DNA of 64,000 bases from Octopus sinensis (GCF_006345805.1 NC_042997.1:15004001-15068000), one strand, 5' to 3'; shown: positions 39,052 to 47,537, counted from the first letter of the stretch. The notes: generated from the letters alone by a model not told the origin. Translations and numbers: made by a program.

Positions 39052-40058
39052 GCTTTTTTCAGTTTCTATCTACCAAATCCACTCACAAGGCTTTGGTCGG
39101 CCCGAGGCTATAGTAGAAGACACTTACCCAAGGTGCCACGCAGTGGGACTGAACCCGGAACCATGTGGTTGGTAAGCAAGCTACTTACCACACAGCCAAT
39201 TCTTCTTGTGATTTGATTAACACATAAAATATTTCTGATGTTTAATTCTGTTTCTGTTTTGAAGTTATATTAATACATTACCATACCTTTTATACTATTT
39301 GTATCTTTTTCATTTTTACACAGATTTCCTCAAAATTAGTATCAAACCATCTTCTTGAACAGCTTGAAGAACACATGTTGATTTTAAAAAAGAATATAGA
39401 AAAATGCAAGAATAATTCTGGAAACAGTGAAATGGGGTGTCAAAAATTTGAAAAGAATTTTCTTAAAATTGACAAATTAGTTGGAGTTTTCCAGTCTGAT
39501 TTAAAAAAATTAACTAGCACAATTCAACCACTTCTCTCTTTGAAAGAACCACTACTTGAAAACATTCCTAGTTATGATGGAACATTTATTTGGAAATTAG
39601 ACGACTTTGAAAAACGGCGTAAAGATGCAGTAAAAGGAACATGTCCTAGTTTATATTCAACCCCATTCTACACTAGCAAGTACGGTTACAAGATGTGTCT
39701 TAGACTCTACCTAAATGGCGATGGCATGGGGAAAGGAAAATATATATCACTTTTTTTTGTTGTCATGCGAGGCTCATATGATGCACTTCTGGCGTGGCCT
39801 TTTCAACAAAAGGTTTCATTAATGATGCTGGATCAATCAGGAACAAAGCATGTTATTGACAGCTTCCGACCTGATGCTAAAAGTACTTCATTTCAACGTC
39901 CAGAAAACAAGATGAATATTGCAAGTGGCTGTCCTTTGTTCCTGTCACTCGATAAGCTTAACTCTCCAAATACATATGTGAAAAGTAATACAGCTTTCTT
40001 CAAAGTAGTTGTTGATACTACAGGACTAGAACGAATGCCAGTCAACTTTACCCCTTAA
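698..40058 (+). CDS. TRAF2: TNF receptor-associated factor 2-like gene, spliced CDS join(698..921,17336..17426,18617..18721,34514..34591,36391..36453,39324..40058), 431 aa
   Basis: All introns are GT..AG with compatible phases (2,0,0,0,0). The joined protein has a RING (CPVC..CGH..CKNC..CEKC), TRAF zinc fingers and a TRAF-C domain. Motifs FYTSKYGYKMCLRLYLNGDG, HVIDSFRPD, SFQRP and MNIASGCPLF are closer to TRAF2 than to TRAF3. Confidence 0.9.
1520..1865 (+). mobile_element. tRNA-derived CORE-type SINE (family B), full length
   Basis: A box TGGCTCAGTGG, B box GTTCAAATCC, CORE-like cttgagcaagacactt. 9-bp TSD ATAGGATTT at 1511-1519 and 1866-1874. Confidence 0.9.
3827..4008 (+). mobile_element. 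tRNA-derived SINE family D, degenerate
   Basis: ggtggcaagctggcagaa...gttcaaattcc...ctttgcttttcatcctttc, shared with many copies in the window. Confidence 0.75.
4537..4890. repeat. GTTAAC/AGTTAA-rich subterminal-type repeat, probable decayed DNA-transposon MITE
   Basis: Clustered aagttaact and gttaat motifs in both orientations. Confidence 0.4.
5491..5832 (-). mobile_element. SINE family A, degenerate
   Basis: Reverse complement of the family A tail (cttgtttcagtcatttgactg) through to the tRNA head. Confidence 0.8.
6864..8481 (+). mobile_element. Decayed mariner (DD34D) transposon interrupted by a SINE
   Basis: TA followed by TIR ttgggtc.ttccataaataatgc at 6864, with partial inverse at about 8460-8481. 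Transposase remnants EFNK..SARNINAV/YG, WVPH, VTGDKKW, VWWD and PYSP..PSDYHLF, with frameshifts and stops. Confidence 0.9.
7144..7586 (+). mobile_element. SINE family A (tRNA head, CORE-like domain, internal microsatellite, LINE-derived tail), full length
   Basis: ggtgcaggagtggctgtgtggtaag...ggttcagtccc...gaaacaagtaa. Inserted in the mariner ORF with AGTATA duplicated at 7138-7143 and 7581-7586. Confidence 0.93.
8741..9137 (-). mobile_element. SINE family A, full length
   Basis: Reverse complement of the 7144 copy, high similarity. Confidence 0.92.
10213..10399 (-). mobile_element. 3' end of an L2/CR1-group LINE (ORF2 C-terminus, 3' UTR, (ATCA)n tail)
   Basis: Minus strand encodes PGIPDEPTSRQEVQMRAAASNSLMHQ...*; the PDEP..RAAxxNSL end is typical of CR1/L2-group ORF2. 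Tail aatcaatcaatc. Confidence 0.75.
11083..11277. mobile_element. piggyBac-like MITE family F2, left end decayed
   Basis: Right end gctaaagggTTAA; internal sequence shared with other F2 copies. Confidence 0.7.
11350..12415 (-). mobile_element. CR1-clade LINE 3' fragment (RT C-terminus and 3' UTR), interrupted by SINE D
   Basis: DLGITVSSDLRWTKHI and HGHAYK..HFFTLRVAEAWNKLP motifs on the minus strand; frameshifted. Confidence 0.88.
11549..11762 (-). mobile_element. SINE family D inserted in the CR1 fragment
   Basis: Runs from the tail tatttctttactgcccacaagggg to the head ctgccagctcgc. Confidence 0.88.
13118..13338. mobile_element. piggyBac-like MITE family F1
   Basis: TTAA-CCCTTTCGTTAC...GTAACGAAAGGG-TTAA: TIRs with TTAA TSD. 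Confidence 0.9.
15329..15561 (+). mobile_element. SINE family D, full length (tRNA head, central gcctttcatcctttcggggtcgataaa domain)
   Basis: B box GAGTTCAAATTCC. The central domain resembles the Meta-SINE domain (recalled, not verified). Tail gggtagtaaagaaata. Confidence 0.88.
15576..15765. mobile_element. piggyBac-like MITE family F2, degenerate
   Basis: ttaactcattagcac...gaatgttaaaggg. Confidence 0.7.
16110..16329. mobile_element. piggyBac-like MITE family F2
   Basis: TTAA-CCCTTTAG...CTAAAGGG-TTAA. Confidence 0.88.
17336..17426 (+). CDS. TRAF2: TRAF2-like coding exon 2 (last RING CxxC and post-RING insertion)
   Basis: Acceptor ttacAG, donor GAG|GTATGT. Encodes (Q)DSICEKCLEDVSNESDSIDPTISMLISKNE; phase 2 to phase 0. 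Confidence 0.9.
18617..18721 (+). CDS. TRAF2: TRAF2-like coding exon 3 (linker helix and first half of zinc finger 1)
   Basis: Acceptor ttgcAG, donor AAA|GTAAGT. QPYTPDYYLRKELDKHPAQCLYPGCSWKGKFKDYK matches the TRAF2 PD...RE...C...GC.WKG motif. Confidence 0.93.
18848..19042 (+). mobile_element. SINE family D, degenerate
   Basis: Same head and central domain as the 15329 copy. Confidence 0.7.
19763..20370 (-). mobile_element. RTE-clade LINE 3' end (family E): ORF C-terminus, repeat-containing 3' UTR, (GAT)n tail
   Basis: Minus strand reads HDLQTLG..AMTSD*DLWRYAVLEKIRQAK*, then tandem units and ggttggcattagaaggggcatccag...gatgatgatg. Confidence 0.82.
20453..20645. mobile_element. piggyBac-like MITE family F1, degenerate
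   Basis: ttaacccttctattacc...ggtatcaaaaggattaa. Confidence 0.7.
20919..21973 (+). repeat. About 155-bp direct repeat pair (20919-21076 and 21810-21973), with (TG)n at 21079-21125
   Basis: tataagtgtg.attataaat...tcaagaaatgttccattgtta.tcttaaaatt occurs twice. Confidence 0.85.
22030..22555 (+). mobile_element. Highly decayed CR1/Jockey-group LINE 3' fragment
   Basis: Residual motifs resembling LD.IQRKAFQLI and LFY.FYN..CS.EL; many stops. Confidence 0.45.
22557..22900 (+). mobile_element. RTE LINE 3' UTR fragment (family E) with 3 tandem units
   Basis: tggcacgtaaaaagcacc repeats, taggaagggcatccagc, (GAT)n tail. Confidence 0.88.
23377..24209. mobile_element. hAT-type MITE carrying an inserted RTE fragment
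   Basis: TIRs CAGGGCT.TGGA...TCCACAGCCCTG, GGAGTCGG subterminal repeats, 8-bp TSD attttctt/cttttctt (7 of 8 match). Confidence 0.82.
23464..24044 (+). mobile_element. RTE LINE 3' end (family E)
   Basis: Starts at the ORF end (..AVREKTR..), then about 5 tandem units and a (GAT)n tail. Confidence 0.88.
24927..25140. mobile_element. piggyBac-like MITE family F2
   Basis: ccctttagcattcagatta...tttaaatgctaaaggg. Confidence 0.8.
26125..26871 (-). mobile_element. Internally deleted Tc1/mariner transposon of the maT (DD37D) family
   Basis: TA-CAGGGTGC...GCACCCTG-TA termini. WQQDSVPCH...WSPNSPDCNPLDY has 37 residues between the 2nd and 3rd catalytic Asp. Confidence 0.9.
27478..27780 (+). mobile_element. 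tRNA-derived SINE family C
   Basis: ggaggcgcaa..gcccagtggttagggc, B box ggtttcgactccc, tail gaaaccgggcccatgagcctggctaggc. Confidence 0.88.
27921..28328 (+). mobile_element. SINE family A, full length
   Basis: aggcgcaggagtggctgtgtgg...gaaacaagtaaaagagta. Confidence 0.93.
29828..30076 (-). mobile_element. Helitron PIF1-like helicase C-terminal fragment
   Basis: FAMTINKSQGQ..DKVGL....VFSHGQLYVAFSR (helicase motifs V and VI); isolated, with no upstream ORF. Confidence 0.88.
30551..30915 (+). mobile_element. RTE LINE 3' UTR fragment (family E) with 4 tandem units
   Basis: tggcacgtaaaaagcacc occurs 4 times, followed by a (GAT)n tail. Confidence 0.88.
31562..31830 (+). mobile_element. Probable non-autonomous Helitron 5' portion, abutting a truncated F1-like MITE (about 31411-31560)
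   Basis: atatattaaaatataaaa..(ctgt)n..ccgattgcgttcaaatttg resembles Helitron 5' ends; no 3' hairpin or CTAG found. Confidence 0.45.
32855..33436 (-). mobile_element. SINE family A split by an F2 MITE
   Basis: SINE sequence is continuous on both sides of the TTAA-flanked MITE. Confidence 0.85.
32952..33170. mobile_element. piggyBac-like MITE family F2
   Basis: TTAA TSD at 32948-32951 and 33171-33174; near-identical to 57452-57660. Confidence 0.93.
33765..33983 (-). mobile_element. SINE family D
   Basis: cccgaaaggatgaaaggcaaa...gaatttgaactc...ctgccagcttgccacc. Confidence 0.85.
34514..34591 (+). CDS. TRAF2: TRAF2-like coding exon 4 (zinc finger halves)
   Basis: Acceptor ttcttgTAG, donor GAA|GTAAGT. 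Encodes QQHSRNCEWRPEVCDRCFEGKIPMCE (H..C..CxxC); 78 nt, phase 0-0. The ORF track shows this region in a different frame. Confidence 0.88.
35037..35252. mobile_element. piggyBac-like MITE family F1
   Basis: TTAA-CCCTTTCGTTAC...GTAACGAAAGGG-TTAA. Confidence 0.92.
36391..36453 (+). CDS. TRAF2: TRAF2-like coding exon 5 (zinc finger halves)
   Basis: Acceptor tttactAG, donor AAG|GTTTGT. Encodes MENHKKDCPYPVDCPLNCGVK; 63 nt, phase 0-0. Confidence 0.87.
36963..37131. mobile_element. Mariner-type MITE containing a short LINE 3' tail (37048-37115)
   Basis: TA-TTGGGTTAGTGCATAA...TTATGCACCAACCCAA-TA. Internal ggcggtgccccagcatggc..gagctgaaactag(aatc)n matches the 10213 LINE tail. Confidence 0.8.
38806..39198 (-). 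mobile_element. SINE family A, about 125 bp upstream of the last TRAF exon
   Basis: Reverse complement of family A. Confidence 0.92.
39324..40058 (+). CDS. TRAF2: TRAF2-like terminal coding exon (end of last zinc finger, coiled coil, TRAF-C/MATH domain)
   Basis: Acceptor tttacacAG at 39322-39323, in frame with ORF 39375..40058. Contains YDGTFIWK, YGYKMCLRLYLNGDG, WPFQQKV and MNIASGCP; stop TAA. Confidence 0.96.
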   Translation: MSSKLVSNHLLEQLEEHMLILKKNIEKCKNNSGNSEMGCQKFEKNFLKIDKLVGVFQSDLKKLTSTIQPLLSLKEPLLENIPSYDGTFIWKLDDFEKRRKDAVKGTCPSLYSTPFYTSKYGYKMCLRLYLNGDGMGKGKYISLFFVVMRGSYDALLAWPFQQKVSLMMLDQSGTKHVIDSFRPDAKSTSFQRPENKMNIASGCPLFLSLDKLNSPNTYVKSNTAFFKVVVDTTGLERMPVNFTP

Positions 40059-41790
40059 TTATTTATATTAATCTTTATTTCTAGAGAGTGGTTATGCTTG
40101 GTTTTAGTGAGGAAGAACTTGCTTCCTTACCGTTTGTGTCCATTTGCAATCATCGTAATTCCTTATAATGCATTGAAATTTAGAAAAACCAATAATGGTT
40201 TTATTGTATAAAATGGCTATTTTTTTACTTGATGACTTGTTAATTATTGAATATTGTTTATTGAATATAAATTTGTAAAAATACACAAACCTTTCATGGA
40301 TCAAACAATTACAACCAAAATCTATATCATTTAAGCCTGTATATATATTTGTTTTTGGAAAGTGGGTGGAGCGACATGCTTCCGCGGAAATAAAAACAAA
40401 AACCCTCTCCCCAAAAACAGTATTTTTTTGACTTTACTATTCATAGTATGCTGGCTGACTATTGTTCTCTCTTTGCTGGTTTTGATGTTTGTACCAAACC
40501 TTTTGAATTGACTGCCAAATTTCTTTCCATCACTGCACGCAATTAAAAGGTTTTTACATTACATTCTTTTTTTTTTTCCCAACCAACACTGCTTTTATTC
40601 TGACATAAAGCTAATAAATTATTTCTGATCTGCTGCTGCCACCAGTAGCTGGACATCATGTTGCTTTTCATCAGTTGCATTGGAAATAACGAAATAAAAT
40701 GCTGAAGTAGTTTGCCAAAAGTCAACTATCAAATTCTAAATTTAGTTTGGTTTCTTTAAATAAAAGGTGAGCGCAAGAGAGCACAAATGAGAGAAAGAGA
40801 AAGCAAGAAAGAAAACATCATGCTCCAGTCACAAGTAAAAATGGGAGTTGATGGAACTTAAGTTAATAGTTTTTGAAGTGACTGTAAAGCTGCTGCTGCT
40901 GCTGCCATAGATACCTACTACGAAGATAAATATTTCATCTTTTAATTATAACTTATTCTATGATTATAACTGTACACATTCATTTGTAATTTCTAGACAT
41001 TTCTGTTGAACTACCTTTCTCCAAATCATTTTCCATTTGTTGAGTATATAAGACCATGCCTAGACCAAGAACTCAGTAATTCCACACATGAAATTACACT
41101 GGATATTCACCTTCCAACAGCCTCTAAACAAAACCTTTTTTTTTTTTTTAATTAGCAGCTCACTAGCTTATTTCTTAATAAATGCACTTTAATCTATTAA
41201 TATTGGGGTTTTTTTCTCTAATTTACTGCTATATGCTTGATTAATATGTATAAAAGCGTGTATATGTGAGGTGTTTTGTTTCCTTGTATTGTTCTTAGTT
41301 CTGTTACACACTTGTTGCATGTTGTGTTCAATGCCAGTAACATTATTATTATTATTATTATTATTATAGAGAGAAGCTCAAGTTTGAGATAAAAAATATT
41401 GGAAAAGAAATGTACTATTGTCAAATAGTTTAGTTAAGCCTTCTAGTCTGTTATTTGTTGGTCTTCTTATTTGGGATCATATGTATATCATATCTTATAT
41501 CCCAAATAATGACTAGGTGGATTTTCCCCTTAATTTCTTAATAGTTGTTGCCTTCCGTCTTACTGCCTTCTTTCTTACATCTGTTTTTGACTAAATCATG
41601 TCTAATGCCAGCTCTTAAAATTTAATAAAATTTACTAGTCTACTCTCTTTTCCTCATCTACATCTTTTTAGAAATATATATGTAATATGATGGACCTGTT
41701 GTTCTTATCAAAGGAACAATATGAATAAATTAAAATGCATTTTGATAAGGTACCAAAATAGAATGTTTGAAAATATATAAAATAAAATTT
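40059..41790 (+). other. Probable 3' UTR of the TRAF2-like gene
   Basis: Repeat-free AT-rich stretch after the stop codon, with AATAAA hexamers near 41624, 41724 and 41781. The true 3' end is not determinable from sequence. Confidence 0.45.
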
Positions 41791-42304
41791 GTCCTAATCA
41801 TTGTTCTCCCCATCAAAAATTTTTATATATTATGAAATTTAGAAACCTCTGGTACTTTTTAAACTTCTGGGGGAAAAAAACTGATTTGATAAACTGCTGT
41901 TGAAATGATATAATTATTTGTTCAATTTGCTAATAATACACAAGAAATTTTTCAAAACATTTATACATTTTGAAATAGGAATTTCTGATACTAAACTTGA
42001 GAAAAAATAAACCATTGATATGATAAACTGTTATTAAAATTATGTAATTCTTTTTTTTTCTTTTCAATTTGTTAATATACAAGAAAGTTTCACTTTAAGA
42101 GTGGATTTTATTAATATGACTAATGCAATGATTTTGAGACATTTTTTAAGTAAATCTTTGTAAATAATTATAGTAGCAGAAATTGATGTTCTGAATCTAA
42201 ATATTATATTTATGAAAAAATCTTGTAATTTTCCTCCCCACCAAAAGTTGAAACTACCCGGTTAATATTTAGTTTCTGTGTTAATATTTGACCAGTGAAT
42301 TTAA

Positions 42305-42686
42305 CTCTTTTGATGCCAACCCACCTGAGACCACTCTTAGTTCTATGATGCAAAGTTCTTGATTTAACTCATTAGCATTTAAACTGGCCATATCCAGCCA
42401 AAATATTCTGTTTTATGTTTAAAATTGACCAGATCCAGCCTCTTGAAGCTTCAAGATAATGCAGAATTAATTCAAAACATTGTGAATAAATAAGCATTAC
42501 TTTTGACAGGGTAATCTGAATGCTAAAAGGTTAAAATGTCTAAATTATAACCTGTAAAAAAAATCATGTTATTTTCTAAACACTGGATTTATCATTTATA
42601 CTTAGGTTTTTTTCTCTTTTACATAATTTTTCAAAATTAATTAAAACAAAGGCATTGTATTCAACAGAAATATGGTAACAAAAGGG
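42305..42686. mobile_element. F1 MITE with a nested F2 MITE (42368-42530)
   Basis: Outer and inner TIR pairs, each flanked by TTAA. Confidence 0.78.
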
Positions 42687-42748
42687 TTAAACGGTGAGTT
42701 TTAGAGTGATATAGTTTTCAAGAGCAAGGGTTGAGTCAAATGGGAATT

Positions 42749-42930
42749 TATCATCGTTTAACATCTGTTTTCCATGCTGGCATGGGTTGGACAGTTTGAG
42801 AGGAGCTGGCCAGCCAGGGAGCTCTCCAGGCTCTGATTGTCTGTTGTGGCATGGTTTCTATGGCTGGATGCCCTTCCTAACACCAACCACTTTACAGAGT
42901 GTACTGAGTGCTTTTTACATGGCACTGGCC
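42749..42930 (-). mobile_element. RTE LINE 3' UTR fragment, family E-related
   Basis: catcgtttaacatc..ttccatgctggcatgggttggac..ggatgcccttcctaacaccaacc. Confidence 0.8.
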
Positions 42931-42946
42931 CAAGTGCTTTAGATAT

Positions 42947-43215
42947 CACATGATCACGTGACCAACCAGGCTATCAGATGTTGCTACACATTGCTGGTCA
43001 CAATGCTCTTTGCATTGCTTTAGCCTTCAAATGATGCCACCCCGCTGGCTAAGCCAGCAGGCCGGCAAAAGAGTACAGCAGGGATCGCCAGAACCTCGTG
43101 GAGCTTTAGGTGTTTTCGCTCATTAAACACTCACAACGCCCGATCTGGGAATTGAAACCACAATCCTACGACCGCGAGTTCGCTGCCCTAACCACTGAGC
43201 CATTGCGCCTCCACA
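42947..43215 (-). mobile_element. SINE with a family C head and a different 3' tail
   Basis: Head matches the 27478 copy. 10-bp TSD CTTTAGATAT at 42937-42946 and 43216-43225. Confidence 0.85.
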
Positions 43216-43794
43216 CTTTAGATATATACACACGCACACACACAGTTGTTAACTGTTGGAAAAAATAGTATGCAGTACCATAGCTGATATTAATGATGTA
43301 TTTTATTTTAGTCAAGTCAGTCTCTTGTTACTCTAAGTTTCACCTGTAAGTGTATGTAATGTATATGCAAATGAATGCATTATTTCACTTGTCACTGCAT
43401 GAACAAAACAATGTTAATGATTAGTTGCTCTATCCTTTGAAATACAGGTGGAATATAAAAATCTCTTGTAAAACAGTTGATCGTTGCCAAGAAGCACATC
43501 CAACCCTAAAATCCTGCCTCAAATAACTTATGGAAAAACAGATGTTTAATGAATGGATAATATATATATATTTATACACAACTGGCTTCCACTCATTTGC
43601 TGACTACTAAATTCAGCTCACAAAGCACTGATGATCTGAATGCTATGGTAAAAGACCCTTGACGAAGCTGCCAAGCAGTATGATAGATTCATGTGTTAGC
43701 AAATTCAATTCTTAATAAGACACCCATGACTTAACAAAAGAAATCACACTCCTAGATATTTGGTGATGCTCCTGCAGACACATGATCAATAAGA

Positions 43795-44180
43795 TCAGCT
43801 GTGAAATGGTATTTGGTAACAGTTTGCTTCCTATCAATGTGGTCTTTGGTTCAATCCCACGACAGCACCTTCAGCAAGTGCCTTCTGTATCCCTGAGCTG
43901 ACTAAAGCCTTGTGAGTGGATTTGTTTGATGGAAATTGAAAGAATTCTATCTTGTGTGTAGATTATATATGTGTGTTTGTGTTTCTCTGCACTGCCACTT
44001 GACAGCCGGTATTGGTTTGTTTATATCCCCATAGCTTAGTGGTTCAGTGAAAATAGACCAACAGAATAAGTACAAAGCTTAGAAAAAACTAAGTATAGAT
44101 TTTGATTTGTTCAACTAAACTCTTCGAGATGGTGCTCCAGCATAGCCACAGACCAAAGACTGAAACAAGTAAAAGATAAG
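43795..44180 (+). mobile_element. SINE family A, old copy
   Basis: Diverged head, CORE-like domain and tail. Confidence 0.75.
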
Positions 44181-44834
44181 ATATGTTTTAGTGACAATAT
44201 CTTAGATTTTTGCCCAATTATCAGAGCAATTTCCTATAGTGAGGGTTGATTTAGGTTTGGGGCAAGAATGTCACTGTTCAGGACTACATTGCTGTACCAC
44301 CTAGGAACCCCTTTGAGATTGCTTGGCCTGCAAGAAATAGCAACTAAATTTTTCCCATCACACTTTACCCTTTTTTTTTTGGATCTGTTAAACCATATCA
44401 TTCTTAATATATGAAAAAAAGATGGGGTTGTCATGGCTGGAATACCTTTGCTCATAAGATTGCTCAGAGTTGACACTGGGACTAATCAACTACTACTCTC
44501 ACACAAACTGCTTAATTCTACTTCCCTCTGTCTTTCTCTGTCCCACATACATATTCTTCATACTTCAATCCACCTTTCTCTCTCTCAAATATAATCCCTA
44601 AAGGTTTTAGCAGTACAAAAGCTATTTACTTTCCAGTAGGTTAACCTTGTGTAGAAAGATTGTAATTTGATTCTATTTTCTGGAGTTGATAGTGAAAAGA
44701 ATATGTGAAATACATTACAAATTTGATTCATGGAGAATGTGTAGGTTTATTGAGATATATTAAAGCAGAGTATTTTATTTTCCAATTGTTAGAAAAATGG
44801 TGGATATGGTTAGAAATGACAGGACAAAAGACAC

Positions 44835-45305
44835 CATCATTTAACATCCACTTTCCATGCTGACAGGAAGCTGGCTGGCTGGCTGGGAAGCTGCTTAGGT
44901 TCCAATATGTTTTGGCATGGTTTCTCTGACTGGATACCCTTCCTAATGCCAAGCACTTGACAGAGTGTACTGGGTGCCATTTTTCATAAAATGGCATGAG
45001 TGCTTTTAATGTGGTGCCAGCTCATGTGCTTTTAACACAACACGGGCACAAAGACATTGATGTAAACATCATCATCATCATTTAACATCCGTTCTCCATG
45101 CTAGCATGGGTTGGACGGTTCGACCGGGGATCTGGGAAGCCAGAAGGCTGCTCCAGTCTTATCTGGCAATGTTTCTATAGCTGGATGCCCTTCCTAACGC
45201 CAACCACTCTGTGAGTGTAGTGGGTGCTTTTTACGTGCCACCTGCACAGGTGCCAGGCGAGGCTGGCCACGGTCGGATTGGTGTATTTTACGTGCCACTG
45301 GCACG
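44835..45305 (-). mobile_element. Two tandem RTE 3' UTR fragments (44835-45050 old, 45068-45305 young)
   Basis: (CAT)n tails and family E motifs. Confidence 0.82.
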
Positions 45306-45519
45306 GAGAGGTAATAGAAAAAGTTTCACTTTTGACCAAGTCAAATGAGACTTGGCACATAATATAGAGAAGTAAAAAGTAATCAGCAAGTTTGTTTCTG
45401 TTTTGAAAAAAAATTTTTTTTTAAGTGATTTTTGTTTTTACAGAAATAAATCTTCAAGTTATGAGGAAGCAGACAGTCATATTCATCACTTTGAATATGC
45501 TTGAAATAAAAATAAGTTT

Positions 45520-45727
45520 TGTTGTGTCTGGGGAGAATCATTTTCTTTTTGTGCCTTACAATGTAACACACTCACCGGTAAAATTTCCACTTATTTCATA
45601 TTTTTATTCTCCTAAAATTTTCTGTGTGTCTTGCAACCTTTTCAATAGGAGAATAAGTGGAAATGTTACCGGTGAGTGTGTTACATTGTAAGGCACAAAA
45701 AGAAAATGACTCTCCCCAGACACAACA
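45520..45727. repeat. Near-perfect inverted repeat with 76-bp arms, probably a Penelope-like fold-back
   Basis: 45520-45595 is the reverse complement of 45652-45727 with 2 mismatches. Confidence 0.9.
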
Positions 45728-46156
45728 GAATATGCTTCAACACACGAACTCACATAAAGAATCTTGCAAACCAAATCCCAAAACGAAAAATAAGTTTGTT
45801 ATTAGATTAAGTTATCCTACATAGACATGAGTTAGAGGGGTGTGTGTTTTAAGATTTGTTGCTACAATGTCACCATTTACTGTTTCAAACAAAATTTGTT
45901 ACGCTTGGCTATCAATGGGAGTAGAATGTATCTAAATATAGGAACATTTCTTTTAAAATACCTTGCCTTTATTTCAATTGATTTCAAAAGTAATGGCTAT
46001 AGTAAAGTAAGTTTGTCTTTATCAAGCTGGTGTTTAGAAAACATAACAGAGAATTTTGATAGCATTCAGATTATTTTGTCAACTGTAATGCTTATTTATT
46101 TACATTGCTTTGAATTACTCATGCATTATCTCATAGCTTCAAGATTTTGATGATTG

Positions 46157-46371
46157 ATGCCAGCTCTGTCTGGCACCTGTGCGGGTGGCATGTAAAAAGC
46201 ACCCACTACACTCACGGAGTGGTTGGCGTTAGGAAGGGCATCCAGCCGTAGAAACACTGCCAGATTTGACTGGGCCTGATGAAGCCTTCTGGCTTCACAG
46301 ACCCCAGTAGAACCGTCCAACCCATGCTAGCATGGAAAACGGACGCTAAACGATGATGATGATGATGATGA
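46157..46371 (+). mobile_element. RTE 3' UTR fragment (family E) inside an old F2 MITE (about 46058-46667)
   Basis: Family E motifs and (GAT)n tail; MITE sequence resumes after it. Confidence 0.85.
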
Positions 46372-46428
46372 TTATTTTTAGAATGACCTTGTAGTTTAGG
46401 TGTGAGAGGCCAAATATGACCAGTTTAA

Positions 46429-46649
46429 CCCTTTAGTGTTCGCATTATTCTGCCAAAATTAATGCTTCTTCATCCACATTGTTTTGAACTAATCATGCAT
46501 TATCTTGTAGCTATGGGATTTTGATGAGGTAGCTGTTAATTTTTAAAACAATATTGTAGGGCTGGTGTGAGAGACCAGATCTGGCCAGTTTGAACATAAA
46601 ACAGGCAGAATACTTTTGGCCGGATATGGCCGATTTAAATGCTAAAGGG
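46429..46649. mobile_element. piggyBac-like MITE family F2 nested in an older F2 copy
   Basis: TTAA-CCCTTTAG...CTAAAGGG-TTAA. Confidence 0.9.
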
Positions 46650-46836
46650 TTAAATGCTAGTGTGTTAAATTTAGGTCACTCCAAGTTAGTATCACAGAAA
46701 TAAAAAGGTGATCTCTGCAGGTTAGTATCAAAAGTGTTAAATATCACTGACTTCTAATTGAGTTACATTCATTAATGTTGATGTTAATGTGAAAATTTAT
46801 CTAGAGAGTTTATGATATTTAATAATATTAAGTACA

Positions 46837-47537
46837 AGGTGGTGAGTTGACAGAACCATCAGCAATCTGGTCAAAATGTTTACCAGCGTTTCATCTGTCT
46901 TTATGTCCTGAGTTCAAATTCTGTCAAGGTTCACTTTGCCTTTCATCCTTTCAGTGTTGATAAAATAAGGACCAGTTGAGGACTGTGTTTAATGTTATCA
47001 ACTTAACCCCTTCCCCTGAAATTTTTGACCTTGTGCCAAAATATGAAGCCAATATTATTATTATTATTTGTGGAAGCGTGTGGCTTAGTGGTTTAGGTGT
47101 CAGCATCATGATCGTAAGATTGTGGTTTCGATTCCTGGACCGGGCAACACATTGTGTTCTTGAGCCAAACACTTCATTTCACGTTGCTCCAGTCCACTCA
47201 GCTGGCAAAAATGAGTAACGCTGTGATGGATTGGTGTCCCATCCAGCTGGGGAATACTTACGCCATTGAAACCGGGAAATTGGGCCCATGAGCCTGGCTA
47301 GGCCTTTAAAAGGGCACATATTATTTAACAAGATTAGTTGGCAGAACCCTTAGCAATCTGGACAAAATGCTTTTCATCTGTCTTTATGTTCTGAGTTCAT
47401 ATTCCACCATGGTCAACTTTGCCTTTCATGCTTTTGGAGTTGATAAAATAAATACTAGTCAAGTACTGGGATCCACATAATCGACTCCTCCTTCCCTTCA
47501 AAAACTGCTGGCTTTGTGCCAAAATTTGAAGCCAATA
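46837..47537 (+). mobile_element. SINE cluster: D (46837-47052), mosaic B-core/C-tail SINE (47071-47320), D (47335-47537)
   Basis: Three tRNA heads in tandem, each with recognisable central and tail domains. Confidence 0.8.
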
